Shown here piece after piece: positions 12,601 through 25,000 of a stretch of 64,000 nt of DNA (the stretch's first letter is position 1; every line of letters starts with the position of its first letter). Below the pieces are notes generated by a model, which worked only from the letters and a program-made list of their open reading frames with translations, made no database searches and had not been told where the DNA came from. Origin of the DNA: Phoronis australis. Taxonomy: Eukaryota; Animalia; Phoronida. Location: assembly GCA_002633005.1 (NCBI GenBank), contig NMRA01000091.1, forward strand, positions 829,820 through 893,819. Direction: 5' to 3'. The position numbers and the translations under genes were made by a program.

Positions 12601-14524
12601 AGATATTAAACAGACAAGAGGACAATATGGCCACTAGGGGGCACTGCAGCAGTTTCTGAAATTGTGTCAAGTTTCACTGAAACCCGTCAACTCATTCTCA
12701 AGATATAATCCGAAATTAATGCTCTTCCTCCCAAAAGTACTTTAATTTTTACTTTATTTCTATTTATTATAATTGCAGCTAAAAGAGTGTCCCTGGGACT
12801 TTCTGTCGCCCCCAGGGTTAAGTGACCATTGCAGAGAGTTCCCTGGCTTGTTCTGAATTCTTGAGGATTATGAGAGTAACATGACATTTGAGAGACACTT
12901 ACTTTCTGTTTATGGGCTAAAACGGGGATTTGGTATCATTTTAAACTAAAAGAGTTTGAAAGCAAAAAACATTACCTCAAATAACTCTCGAACACTGTCC
13001 TGACTCAACTCTTGAGATATCTTGATAAAAATTCTCTTCAGCTTGTTATCAAGGTCAGGAACCTCTCCATATGAAGTTGCTGAGGAAACCTTAAACAAAA
13101 ATAACCTGTCAAAATATTTTATGATCATGGTATCTACAGTACATTATAAAAGTCCTTTATGAAGAACCAATAATAAAAGTACTTGAATGTCTCTCACATG
13201 GTGTCTTAAATTGCTGTAGTTCGTTAAAACACCAAGCACCTTAGGCATTTTGCAGTTTAAAGCAAAGTCTTCATCAAAAGGTCGTGCTTATTTTGAGTTT
13301 CAGTAATTCTTTTTGCCATTACTCATCTATCAGAAGACTAGAGTAAAATATTCAGTTTGGAGTGACGAAGGCAGAAGCCAGTTGTAGAGTACTCTTCATT
13401 ACATGTAATGGTTTTGCTAATCCTTCCAAGACTTTTCCATGAAGTTCATCTTGAGCCTTGGCAGCCTGGGACCTCTTTTCAAATTTCACAAATGCAGTTC
13501 CTACAAAACAAGGCCGTATGATATGATAACAATGAAAGAAACCCACACTGTCAAAACAACGCAATATTCTGGTACACCAACAAATTTGTAAGGCTAAGCT
13601 TTACAAAATGGTAATGTTAGAGAATGTTAAAAAACAACAACTAAATTATAGTGGTTGAACTATTTCTCTGGTGATCAGCCAGACTGTTCTAGTTCGACTA
13701 AACTTGAAAAAAATTTAAGAGTCAGAATTAGGGTATTCAAGTTGTTTCACTGTTCACAGAACTGCGCACTTCTCCTGACTCAATGTTGAGAAGATTCACC
13801 AGGATCTTACAAACTAAATAATGCCCTCAGGCCCTGATGTTTTGCAAATTAGGATCACTGGTGACTTGTTTGTTTTGGAAATACCAACTTGTAGAGAGTT
13901 GAGAACTGTGCAACCACTTAATATGATAAATACTGACATCGTTAAGTAAGTCAGATAGTTGAATCAACTGGTCCATTATATCACTTGTAAACATATTGTG
14001 CTGTCAATCCAAAGGTGAGTATTCACAGAACTGTAAACCCTTTATTGGAACAGTACGTAATTAACAACTACAGTTTCAGTACTTTGAACTGTATGCAGCA
14101 TTTCGTTACATTCACACATATCAGGAAGTTGGCGGTACATGACTATTCATCAATTTCACTCAGCTATGAACTACTAAGTGTGGCGACTAGATAAATACAT
14201 TCAAGTTATTTTGCGTGCACCCATTTAATAATATGGTATAAACATTTCACATCATCACAATCACACCGCATGGAATGCACGTTTACAAAAACAAAATAAT
14301 AGATATATTTAAAACAAATTTGATGGAGAGGTGACGCGCACGAGCCCTAAAATAAAGCATCACATTCCCTGGGAATCATATTACCGGTAGTACCTTGTTT
14401 GGTTTTCAAGAGATCCACGTAAGAAACTTCCCCATATTCTTTGAATATTCCTTTAATTTTATCCGTGGTCAGGTCACCAATACCCGACACATACAGCTTA
14501 CTATAAGGCGGTGTCACCTCTTGA
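6551..14524 (-). CDS. RBM45: RBM45-like RNA-binding protein (RRM1, RRM2, HOA/pseudo-RRM), multi-exon
   Basis: Phase-consistent exons 14524-14385, 13500-13403, 13089-12976, 11592-11466, 10024-9740, 7203-6964, 6660-6551. Motifs PPYSKLYV, GTAFVKFEKRSQAAKAQDELHG, KDKVTGLSKGLAYVTY..AAVAMESCD, LFDVIPGLEYCD and YARDKWDGFEYPPG match RBM45. Confidence 0.88.
6964..7203 (-). CDS. RBM45: RBM45-like exon (HOA/pseudo-RRM N-terminal half)
   Basis: ttactag| ... agcg|gtaagt; encodes RLHVKLFGRCEEHMVQRLFDVIPGLEYCDM. Confidence 0.88.
9000..9230. repeat. About 17-bp tandem array (aagcaccattttcaaac), probably a degenerate non-autonomous element
   Basis: About 10 ccattttcaaac cores at 9044-9210. Confidence 0.85.
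9740..10024 (-). CDS. RBM45: RBM45-like exon (end of RRM2 plus low-complexity linker)
   Basis: ttttaag|agtacaaa gives CDP|QYKPVYAEVRDNDKKRPRE; ends gaac|gtaagt; 285 nt. Confidence 0.8.
11466..11592 (-). CDS. RBM45: RBM45-like exon (RRM2 RNP1)
   Basis: NYGQVKNINIVKDKVTGLSKGLAYVTYTNAYDAAVAMESCDP between cag| and |gtaagt. Confidence 0.9.
12340..12409. mobile_element. Very small MITE-like inverted-repeat element
   Basis: catgggcgg ... ccgcccatg termini with an internal G/C hairpin; no clear TSD. Confidence 0.45.
12976..13089 (-). CDS. RBM45: RBM45-like exon (RRM2 start)
   Basis: VSSATSYGEVPDLDNKLKRIFIKISQELSQDSVRELFE; 114 nt, phase 0/0. Confidence 0.85.
13403..13500 (-). CDS. RBM45: RBM45-like exon (RRM1 RNP1)
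   Basis: GTAFVKFEKRSQAAKAQDELHGKVLEGLAKPLH; tag| and |gtaatg. Confidence 0.9.
14385..14524 (-). CDS. RBM45: RBM45-like exon (RRM1 start)
   Basis: QEVTPPYSKLYVSGIGDLTTDKIKGIFKEYGEVSYVDLLKTKQGTT; ttcag| and |gtaata. Confidence 0.88.
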
Positions 14525-17069
14525 CTGAAAGTAACAGTAAGACCAAGACAATATAAATGGTAGTTACTGCTATTCAATGAAGTCCCATGCAGTCCATAGA
14601 AACCATTGTTTTCAATTCGTTTCTTTAGCAATGACAAATTAGACCAAAAATGCATAGCTGGTTCTGGTTTCTCAGGGGTGGAGTATCTATAGTTGCCCCC
14701 CTTTTCAAAAAATCTAACTGAAAACAATTAAAAAATTGATTTATGATCTGTTTTAAATTTGTACTCATTGCGTGGCAAATCACTGTATTGTAAACCTTGC
14801 TTAAGTGCCTTTGCAGCTTTTCAAAAAAACACAAGACCTTTGCTGATTGGCGGCATTGTTTTAGGTCTCAAATTGAGCTGGGGTAGAGACTGGAATTAAA
14901 AAAACGCTTTTCTAGATGAAGTGTACGACAAAAAGGACTGAATAAAGTTCATTGATTGCTTAAACAAGAAGACTCACCACCACTAACTTTATTGTTTCAG
15001 TAGTTACGCGTTTTGAGGATTAGTACTGCATAATGAACTTGAAGGAAACATGCCACAAAATATGCTTAAGGTAAAAATTCTCTAGGTCAGGACAGTGAAA
15101 ATGTCGCTCAACCAACGACAAACGATCATTCACCACAACATGGGGAAGCAAGAAAACGTTATGTTGGGGAATATTTTCAGACTCTGTTGAAATAAAACGC
15201 CGTGTTTGACATTTGAGAAATATGATGAGTGCCCAACATTGCTCACTACATTAACGTAATTTATATTTTTAACAATTTCCTTAAAACAATTGGCTTCGGT
15301 GAAGTTGTTAACAACTCCCAAAAGATGTCACTTTACAAAATCAAAAACCAAGCAATTGGCGCTTATCCATGTCACGAGCATTACTGGTTTGAAAATGACG
15401 TCCAACTTTTCTTTAATTGTTAAAAAAGTGGAAGAGTGATGTAAGAAAATGACATTCATCAAATTGTGCTTTAAACTGCTTTTTGTAATAAACAAGGTTG
15501 GTGTCATGCAAAAGTCAGAGTTGCAAAACCTTACACACAGTTTGGCATTCTACATTTTGATTTATTAACTCTCTTTGTGACAGGACTGCAAATAGAGTTG
15601 AGGGCATGTGCCAAACTGAAGCAGCGACATTGCCAAATTTTTATTCACATTGTTCACTAAACATGTTTTGGCGTTGATCCACACACAAGTCACCTAGCTA
15701 GCTGGCTACCGATCTCAGGGCCAGGTGGGGGCGCTTAGTCCATAAAAGGGAGAGAAATGTTATGACAGTGAATTCCGAGTGTGACGAAGAGTAACTTGTA
15801 TGCCTCTTTAAATCACTTGACAAATAGCAAATGCTTCTCGGACGAATGGATTGGTTGCTCACCTTCGATTCAGAACCCATTGATGCTAGCATTTTATGGG
15901 AAAATATATTCCAGAAACGTTCGATAAACTGGTCCTCTGATTATATCATGTGACAATAATTTTGGAGTCGGATTGTAAACAATGAAAGGGCACTGGTCAG
16001 ATATAGCATTCAGTGCACGCATGATGGACAGTGTTCAGATTTCTGTGCCAGTATCATAATCCGGAATATTCCAATCTGGGTCCATAAGTCTGCAGAATAT
16101 AAATTGAATACAAATATTTTTATGCAATTGATAATATACCTTTAGCTTTAATATAATTAATACAGATACTTATAACATGTCGCTAATATACATCTTCAAA
16201 CTTTGTCTTAGGTTGATTGATTCTATATTCAAAATGGCAGTGGAACTTGCTAATATTCTGATACGGTCCTTGTACGATTTTAAGGCAAATTATTAGAACA
16301 TTAAAACTTCTGATATTTTTTGAAAACTGGTTTATGTGGAAAGATTTACAACCAATGTGTATTCTTAATGTTTCCGCGTATTTTTGCACAAAACTTAATG
16401 GCCTACCGTCGCTGATTTCAGTAGGCCTACAGGACACTCTCACCAGGGGGCCATGTCACAATCACACAGCGTCCTCACCTTCGACATCAAGATGACATAA
16501 ATACCAAGTTCCTAACATCAACTTTTTTGTAGAACTAAAACTACACTTTGGATTACACCCCAGAAAATTGCCTGAAAACAAATCAGTTGACTCGTCTTAT
16601 TTTTTTAATTGCTTAAGCAGTCTCAGCCCATCTGCCAAGAGATTTTTATACAGGCCTAGTGTATTAGTGTTCTGACCCATATCAGAATCTGGCCCGTGGT
16701 GGAATAACGTCATCATGCTAATACAGGAAGTAGTCTCTTACGGTGATCACTGTCGTTTTGTTGAGACGGAAGGGCTCTCTATTCAAAATTTTGTTAGGTT
16801 TGATCACAATCTCTCTTCCAACATCTTTTATTCTGGGCCGCTGGCGAATGTTTGTCGCATATTAAATCGGCGACGATTAGCCATTCAGATTGGTGGAAAA
16901 ATACGGTGGAAACGTAAGAACACACATTAATACGGTCTTTTCATGTAAAGCAATATTCAAATTGACCAAAAGTATTGCCTTAAAATTTTTTTATGAAATT
17001 CATTGGCACACATTTTAATGTGGTGCTAGGAAATTTTATGGATTGTTCTGAAACTACCCTCAACTCATA

Positions 17070-17160
17070 CACCCCTCGACCGACGACCCCTTGGATCCAC
17101 AACCCCCTCAACCTACGACCCTCGATCCACGACCCAGAACCCCGTCGACCCAGTCTACAC
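17070..17160. repeat. Short cgaccc-type repeat cluster, probably a transposon subterminal region; inverted counterpart at about 17820-17890
   Basis: Repeated cgacc/ccacgaccc motifs; complementary gggtcatgggtcgaggg just before the N at 17891. Confidence 0.5.
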
Positions 17161-17339
17161 AAGTTCGACTCTATCTGAACATAGAACAAGAGCTGAATTG
17201 TAGGACCAATGAGTTGGGCCATGAGCTCGGCCGTCATTTCCCTTTTTTTACAATTAAGGCAATCGATTCAGCAAGTTTGAAAGCCAAAAACAGAAGAAAA
17301 CAATACAACCAAATCAAATCAAAGACCTACCAACCATAC

Positions 17340-17368
17340 CAATGTTGTTCCCGGCAGAGTGTAATCAT
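17340..17368 (-). CDS. Candidate RBM45-like start exon (MITLCREQH)
   Basis: ATG..cattg|gtatgg ends in phase 2, matching the exon at 14524; no homology support. Confidence 0.35.
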
Positions 17369-18349
17369 CTCATCTGCTCTTCAGTGAATTGCAGAATGCG
17401 AGGAACTGACAAAACCGTAATTTCACCAGTAAATACAGTTTGAAAAAACAAACTGCTAATTAAAAAGTATTTCAACGTTATACGGAGTGTATTCTAAACA
17501 AGAACAAAATATAAAGCAAATAATAAAAATATGAAATTATGTACATTCATGTTAACGTACTCTTTCCCTAAGTTTATTAGAACTGTGCTGTTGATAGCCG
17601 CTTGTGGAACTGTACTGCAAGTTATGTGGGATGATGATAGTACGCTTACGATGCGCTATTCAAGACCACCGCTGCTCTCACGCCACTTTCTGTTTTCAAT
17701 CATCAGACTCCAGCCAGAGCAGACTCGCGTGTAGGTATGTCTTAATATGGGAAAGTCAATCAGCAACGTAATAAAAAATGAAATATGTAAAAAGCACAAA
17801 GATACCTCTGTTGCCACAGGTCATGAGTGGTGGTGGTTGTTGATCGAGGGAGTTGTGGGTGGAGGGGGTCATGGGTCGAGGGGTGGGGGGNATGCAAATG
17901 GGCATGTTGTAAAAACATTTGACAACTACACAAGATATTATTAATGTTCTAAGAACTCACCCTCATTCTGACCTGATTATTCAAAGCTGATCTGATGTAT
18001 GAAAGTCTAAAACTTCTATTAGAATCAATAAACTAATACACATGAATACTATGGAAATAACAACTTATAAGTAGTTACCAAGGTTACAAAACAATTATTC
18101 TAGCCCTTTAAACACCGTTATTATTAAAACAAACGAGCCTAAAATGGCGTTCAAACTGAAAGATGATGCACAGCAAGGTGATTACAACTACACAACAGGA
18201 ATCCTAAACACGTGAACAATGAGCACAATCGAGTAATTTTGCAGTAGAAGTAGTAAGGCAGATAGATTTTCGCTAAATAATCGCAGTTGACTTTCTGTCT
18301 CAGTAATGCCGGTAAAAGCAGAAGGAGGTCACATATAGCATCCGGTAGG

Positions 18350-18914
18350 TTGACCTCCCTGCGCGCGCACAGACTCCAATACTTCCGGTGGTGTAGTGGG
18401 GAAACCAAGCGTGGCCTTTTCGCGTATTGCTCTGAAGCTTGATCCAGATGCACCATAAAACAGGTCTAAGACTTTGATATATGAAACAGCTCTACAACTT
18501 TCGGTACGAAGCAACAATTAAAATTGTTCATAAACCAAAACAATCTTTTTTGACATTTTTTATTAAGTCGTTATTAGTGATAATACTTCAGGTTTAATAA
18601 AATAAAAACTCTTAAAGCTCTATCACTTATTTAGTTTTCGAGTTCAGCAAAGCATGGTAAGACTACAAGTTATTTTAACAATTCAAAAAGATAATATTTT
18701 TATCATTATTTTAGTAAAATAAGATACAGTATCTTTCAAGTATATTAATTTCATTTTATTGATTGTTTACATAAAAATATTAAAATTATTTTTTTTAGAT
18801 AAAACGCTTTTAAATATTATAATTCAAACACATGTTTACAAGTGCTATGAAACAGAGTCGCTTCTGTTCGGATAAGACCGGTAATATTCGGAAGATCTTG
18901 TGTATAGCAACAAA
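18350..18914. promoter_or_regulatory. Probable bidirectional promoter between RBM45-like (-) and C10orf67-like (+)
   Basis: Head-to-head genes; ETS-type CCGGAAGT on the minus strand at about 18380-18387; tagcaac half X-box just upstream of the ATG at 18915. Confidence 0.55.
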
Positions 18915-19027
18915 ATGGCAGACGTTGGATTGTCAGAGTTTTCTCCTGGACCAATTTATTCCTTAACACCCAAAGAAAGCACCTTGGCCGTGTTAGCGCT
19001 GAGTGATGACGAAGATGCGATCTTTAG
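18915..19027 (+). CDS. C10orf67: C10orf67-like exon 1
   Basis: caaaATGg start context; tttag|gtgact donor, phase 2. Confidence 0.75.
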
Positions 19028-22000
19028 GTGACTACTTCTGACAAAATCATTCATAATAATTACCATCTGATGTCTCATGAGGCATGTTTGTTGACAGTCC
19101 TCAGCTCGATCGTGGATCGGTGAGGGCAATGTAGCGGTCCCAGATTTAGAGAACTAGGCAATCACTGAATAGTGGGCCCCTTAGGTAGTGGATGAAGCTG
19201 GTTCTCTAAATCAGGGACCGCTCTATATGACCAATGCCCATGGGTAGTGACTGAAGTGACTCTCTCCGTGTTTACTCCATGATCTCAGTGACTGTTTTTT
19301 AGATTACAATAGTATTGTATACAATACAATACATCCCCAATACTCCCAATAATGTTATGTAACCAGATGATTGGTCTAATTTCTTTCTCTTGCTATTGCT
19401 GTAAATTGGCTATCCCAAACTCAATTATTTTTACCATGATTGGTTCATATTTTTACCATGATTGGTTCATTGTTACTCTTGTCCTGTGTTCACTTCCAAA
19501 TACAGTTTGTCGACTACAAATAGTGACAAGACTTGATCTTACCACAGTTGCAAAAAGGTTCCAGTCATCATTTTTATATTAGTTATAATGTGAACACAGG
19601 TTCAGAAAATGTGTATGCCAGAGTCAATCTGAAAAAAAATTGTGTAAACAGGAACAGGTGCTTTTTGGTGACTGTACGTCTTGTTCCCTCTCTTAATTAC
19701 AGGCCATCGATATCAGATCAACTCAAGGTTGGATTTTTCAACCTTGATCGCTGTACTCAGACGGAGAAATCGGACATAGTTGATTTAAAGGAAATGACAG
19801 AAGTTCTTCAAGAGCTATTAACAGTGAGNNNNNNNNNNNNNNNNNNNNNNNNNNNNNNNNNNNNNNNNNNNNNNNNNNNNNNNNNNNNNNNNNNNNNNNN
19901 NNNNNNNNNNNNNNNNNNNNNNNNNNNNNNNNNNNNNNNNNNNNNNNNNNNNNNNNNNNNNNNNNNNNNNNNNNNNNNNNNNNNNNNNNNNNNNNNNNNN
20001 NNNNNNNNNNNNNNNNNNNNNNNNNNNNNNNNNNNNNNNNNNNNNNNNNNNNNNNNNNNNNNNNNNNNNNNNNNNNNNNNNNNNNNNNNNNNNNNNNNNN
20101 NNNNNNNNNNNNNNNNNNNNNNNNNNNNNNNNNNNNNNNNNNNNNNNNNNNNNNNNNNNNNNNNNNNNNNNNNNNNNNNNNNNNNNNNNNNNNNNNNNNN
20201 NNNNNNNNNNNNNNNNNNNNNNNNNNNNNNNNNNNNNNNNNNNNNNNNNNNNNNNNNNNNNNNNNNNNNNNNNNNNNNNNNNNNNNNNNNNNNNNNNNNN
20301 NNNNNNNNNNNNNNNNNNNNNNNNNNNNNNNNNNNNNNNNNNNNNNNNNNNNNNNNNNNNNNNNNNNNNNNNNNNGGTAAACTCACCGATTTTTGTCTCA
20401 TTACTTTGATACGTGTCTCTTCCGATAAGTTAGTACCTAACGTGCAGACGAGCACTCCAAATTGGAACGCTAAGTCCCGCGTGGTTGCGCTGCACGCGAA
20501 ACAAGATGGCGGACGAACTTTGGAGCTTGACGAAAATAGGTAACCGGACGATACAATACAATACATCCCCAATACTCCCAATAATGTTATGTAACCAGAT
20601 GATTGGTCTAATTTCTTTCTCTTGCTATTGCTGTAAATTGGCTATCCCAAACTCAATTATTTTTACCATGATTGGTTCATATTTTTACCATGATTGGTTC
20701 ATTGTTACTCTTGTCCTGTGTTCACTTCCAAATACAGTTTGTCGACTACAAATAGTGACAAGACTTGATCTTACCACAGTTGCAAAAAGGTTCCAGTCAT
20801 CATTTTTATATTAGTTATAATGTGAACACAGGTTCAGAAAATGTGTATGCCAGAGTCAATCTGAAAAAAAATTGTGTAAACAGGAACAGGTGCTTTTTGG
20901 TGACTGTACGTCTTGTTCCCTCTCTTAATTACAGGCCATCGATATCAGATCAACTCAAGGTTGGATTTTTCAACCTTGATCGCTGTACTCAGACGGAGAA
21001 ATCGGACATAGTTGATTTAAAGGAAATGACAGAAGTTCTTCAAGAGCTATTAACAGTGAGATTTTTTCCATTTGATTAACTGTTGTTTTTGTTTAAAAAA
21101 TAAATATTTTATTTCTTGAGTGCGATTCATCTATTCTGGAACTGGTTCAAATGGTTCAATGGTTTCTCATCTCATTTTTTAGAATTAATTTTCAATCAAA
21201 GTATGGCAATTCTTCACTTATTTTGCACGGAAATATCTGCCAGAATTGTCATTTTTCTATTAGTTTGCTGAAAATAATGAGAAACTTTACCAAATGTTGT
21301 TTTGCGACATATAAACTATTCCAATGCAAGTTAATGATAGGCTGTTATTTAGATTTTTGTTCAGAGTTTTGAAAAAAATTAAAATTTTGTTTGTCTGCCA
21401 TGTTGTGGGCTAAATAAGTGAAAAAATTAGGGTAGCTCATTTTGTAGTCTGGTAAATTCTGATTGGATTTTCACTATGGTGGGCAGCCTGTCCTATCAAT
21501 ACTAATTTTCCCTACCTTTGTTAATTACGGAAGTTACCTGGAAGATTTTTGGCTTTTTATTTCTGAGCAGGTTGATCTTATCATGGATTTCTGTTAATAC
21601 CAAGTCCATGATCACCTATAATAGAACTGATTTGTCATGCTTTTTTCTGAAATCAATAGTTTTATTATACGATAAACATGTATTGAGGTATACTATTTTG
21701 CTTTGCAGGAAGTGAATTTCCTAAAAAGTGACATAGGCTTTGCCAAGAAGACCATAGAAGCAGACTTTGAAGACAGACTTACCCGGAAATCTCTTGAATT
21801 GTATGTATAGACATAATCTAAAATGGTAAAATGCCTTTATCACAATTATCTGTTTGTGAAATATGACTTCAAGTATAGTGTAGTTTCAGTTATTTCCGGT
21901 CACATACAAAACTAATGGTTATTGTTTGGGGAAGGCCCAAGCACTTTACAGCCTACTTGAGCCACAAAGTGTAAAGCAACACTTCACAATCACTGGTTAA

Positions 22001-25000
22001 TTTCTCATGAACTGCTCTTTGTTTATTAGGTTTTGATTGTCTTTTGGAGTTTTGACACTAACAGCAATTCCAGTTACAACATTAGAAAAATCTGACTGCC
22101 ATTTGCTCGATATCAGACACCACAATTGAGAGGACTTCAGCTGTGGTGCTCCACAGCCAGCGAGCCGACTATTGTCCAGAGAATCCTATACGAGTCTCTG
22201 CTTGATGACATGGGCAACTCTTCTTGGAAATTTTGGGATTTTGATGAAATTTCCAGGAGGTTTTGCCATATCTCATAAATCTGAGAAGAGTGTGGGATTT
22301 GCTTTCTCACAGCAGTACCGTAAAAACAATCTTTTTTGCCGAAAAACTCGACTTGTCTAAAACTTTCAATCACATGACGCAACTTTTGTAAAAACATACT
22401 TGCGCAATATAAAGTAGTTCAGTTACTTTTTGTTATTATAGTTTTATTTTAGGCTTAACAACTGTAAGTTGCTTTCAGCTTTAATAGTAAATATTCAAGT
22501 TAGAATCTAATAAATAGTCTTTGAAGTTGTAATATTAAAACTTAAAAAATGTTTACAAATAACAATAAGCAAGGTTTCCTTGCATGTGAGCACTGAATTG
22601 AATTGAGCCAAACAGCCTCACCACGTTTGTTGAGTTGTGGCTCGTCTCCGTTTTAATAAATGAGAATATGGAATTCGCCACCAAAGATTGGTCTATTTAA
22701 GAAGTTGTCTGCATGTCCTTCCGACTGGGAGTATGTACAGTTGAGACACCCAATTTGTCAATCATAACCTTGTGACCTTCTCGGAATTCGGGCATTGTTT
22801 TGTTGGTGCGAGTTTGGTTGTTTTGGTGTTTGCAGACGATAAAATGTAAGGCGTATGGATTTCTACTTTGCACTTCTTTGTGATTTGCCCACGTAATATC
22901 AAAAGATTACGTACTCGGTGTTATAAACCAGTCGTGTCGTAATACATTCCAGGTCATGTGAGTAAAGGGTATAAGAGCTCTTTGAAGGGTCATAAACAAC
23001 TTGCCTGAAAATTGGTTTAGGTTCACCGGGCTTAAAATTCATATTTTTCAAAAAGAATTTGTTTCAATTATGCCACTAATACAAAAACAAACTTTGAAAG
23101 AGAAAAATCGATGCAACAATGAAAGTAGTTCCTGGACTGTTTGACCTAATTTTAGAACCCAGGTGGTCACCTTAATATTGCCTTACAATAGATGTTTACT
23201 TGGAATTAATCAATTATAAACTGCCATGTTAACCAGATGGATGCATGATAAGCTGCTAGTAAAAACACCTCCAAGAGAAATTTGGCATTGGCCCCCCCTC
23301 TGAAGTCATCTAATTTTGTAATTATCCATCACAAACCTTTTCACTTTGGCTATGGTTTTATTCCTAATACACTGACTATAGTGTGAAATTTTTATCACCT
23401 GTGTTTCAGATATGTTCGCATTAATGAAAAAGTAGAAAACTTACAAAACATGCACAAGGAAAAAGTTGAAAACTTACGTCGAGCATTCCGACAGCAGCTA
23501 GCTGACGCAATAACCCGACTGGCCGCCCTTTGGGATGTAAGTTCACTCATATCTTTTCTGAATTTCCTTAGCATATTAGCAGCACAGTTTTTATCTTTTT
23601 GTGCTTCTTTATTATAATATTTCAATCTTCGAATGTCAATTATGTATTTGCAATGAAAGTTTTTTTTGAAGTTCATTCACTTCGGATCCTTAATTCAAAT
23701 TTGCTTTTCATCTGGAACATGAAAGTTTTTCAGACATGCTGATAGAGTGTCAGGATAAACAGTTGAATTGATGAACGATTGATGTGGCGTATTCATTAAG
23801 TGATGAACGATTGATGTGGCGTATTCATTAAGTGATGAACGATTGATGTGGCGTATTCATTAAGTGATGAACCATTGATGTGGCGTATCATTGAAGAATA
23901 CTTGTTGTTCATTTTGTAAAATTATTGCTAGTCAGGACTTACTTAAAGATGCATTTCACCCTGTTTAACTGCCACTTTAATCAAGTCATGTTTCGAGTTC
24001 TTAACCAAACAGTTAAAGCCAGCGGCTGATCTGCGATGCTTTCATGGGAAATGGTGTGTCACATGACTGACCTATTTTTCATGGAATTCCCTGCAATTGA
24101 TTTTCAAATTTCAGGCCGGATGGCTGAATTCCAATAAAATTGAAGATTTTTTGTCACATTTCTTGACGTGTTGTGGTTTTTTACCTATTTCTTGACAACA
24201 GAAAACGAGCCTTATCACGATAAGGAAATGTTTGAGATCAATTTAGATTCAAATGCCTAATTGAATTTTTGTTTTTTAGTCAGCTAAAGAGGTTGAAGTG
24301 CAGCTTTAAGAGATTTGAAACTTCACTTTGGCACCCATCGCATGATGTTGGTGAAGTCCAGTTGTGATTTGCAATGTTTTTGAACTATTAATAATATTGA
24401 AACCTCAAACTGTTCTCTTGAAAGCAATCCACGCTTGATTTGCTAATTAAGCTGCAGGTATTGTCACATTGAGTGATGTCCAGCAACACTTTGAACTTTG
24501 CTTGTTTGTGTGTATCTTGATAAGCAGTCCATGTTTTGCATGATTGATGTGTTCATATTCAATTAATGGACAAGCTTGAATGTGGCTATGGGTGTCCATG
24601 AAAATGTGGGCTGTTTCGTGGTTTTTTTATAGTTTACTTATTGATTATAACTTATTTTTGTTCTATCTTTTAGGCAAAGGTAAAGTATTGTTGGGATGGT
24701 GTCTGCAAGTAATTATGTGTTGGTTCAGGGTGCATTGTTGAAATGGTCATGTATTTGAGGTTGACTGAGGCGCAGGGTTTATTCAATTTGGTACAATTTT
24801 ATACTAATGAGTTGGAGTTTGAATTCCTGTGAAAAAAAAGTAGTTTGTCTTTCACCAAACCACTGACCAAATTATACCTTGTTATCCCCAGTGCCCTATT
24901 TCTTCTTAACTGTAATAGATGACATTCTTATTGATTTCTTGGCATCTTGGGCAAATGGGTTGGTTGTTATCGTTATGGCCCATTAGGAGAATCCTCTCAT

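Noticed and set aside
11990-12700. Degenerate repeats with ccaaatttcat...gagatat cores, and a possible dispersed-repeat fragment near 5140-5310
   Set aside because: Probably old dispersed repeats; too decayed to define boundaries or family by eye.
19533-20581. Long ORFs of 336 and 257 aa, and those at 56772-57493 and 59620-60339
   Set aside because: They are open only because they run through N gaps.
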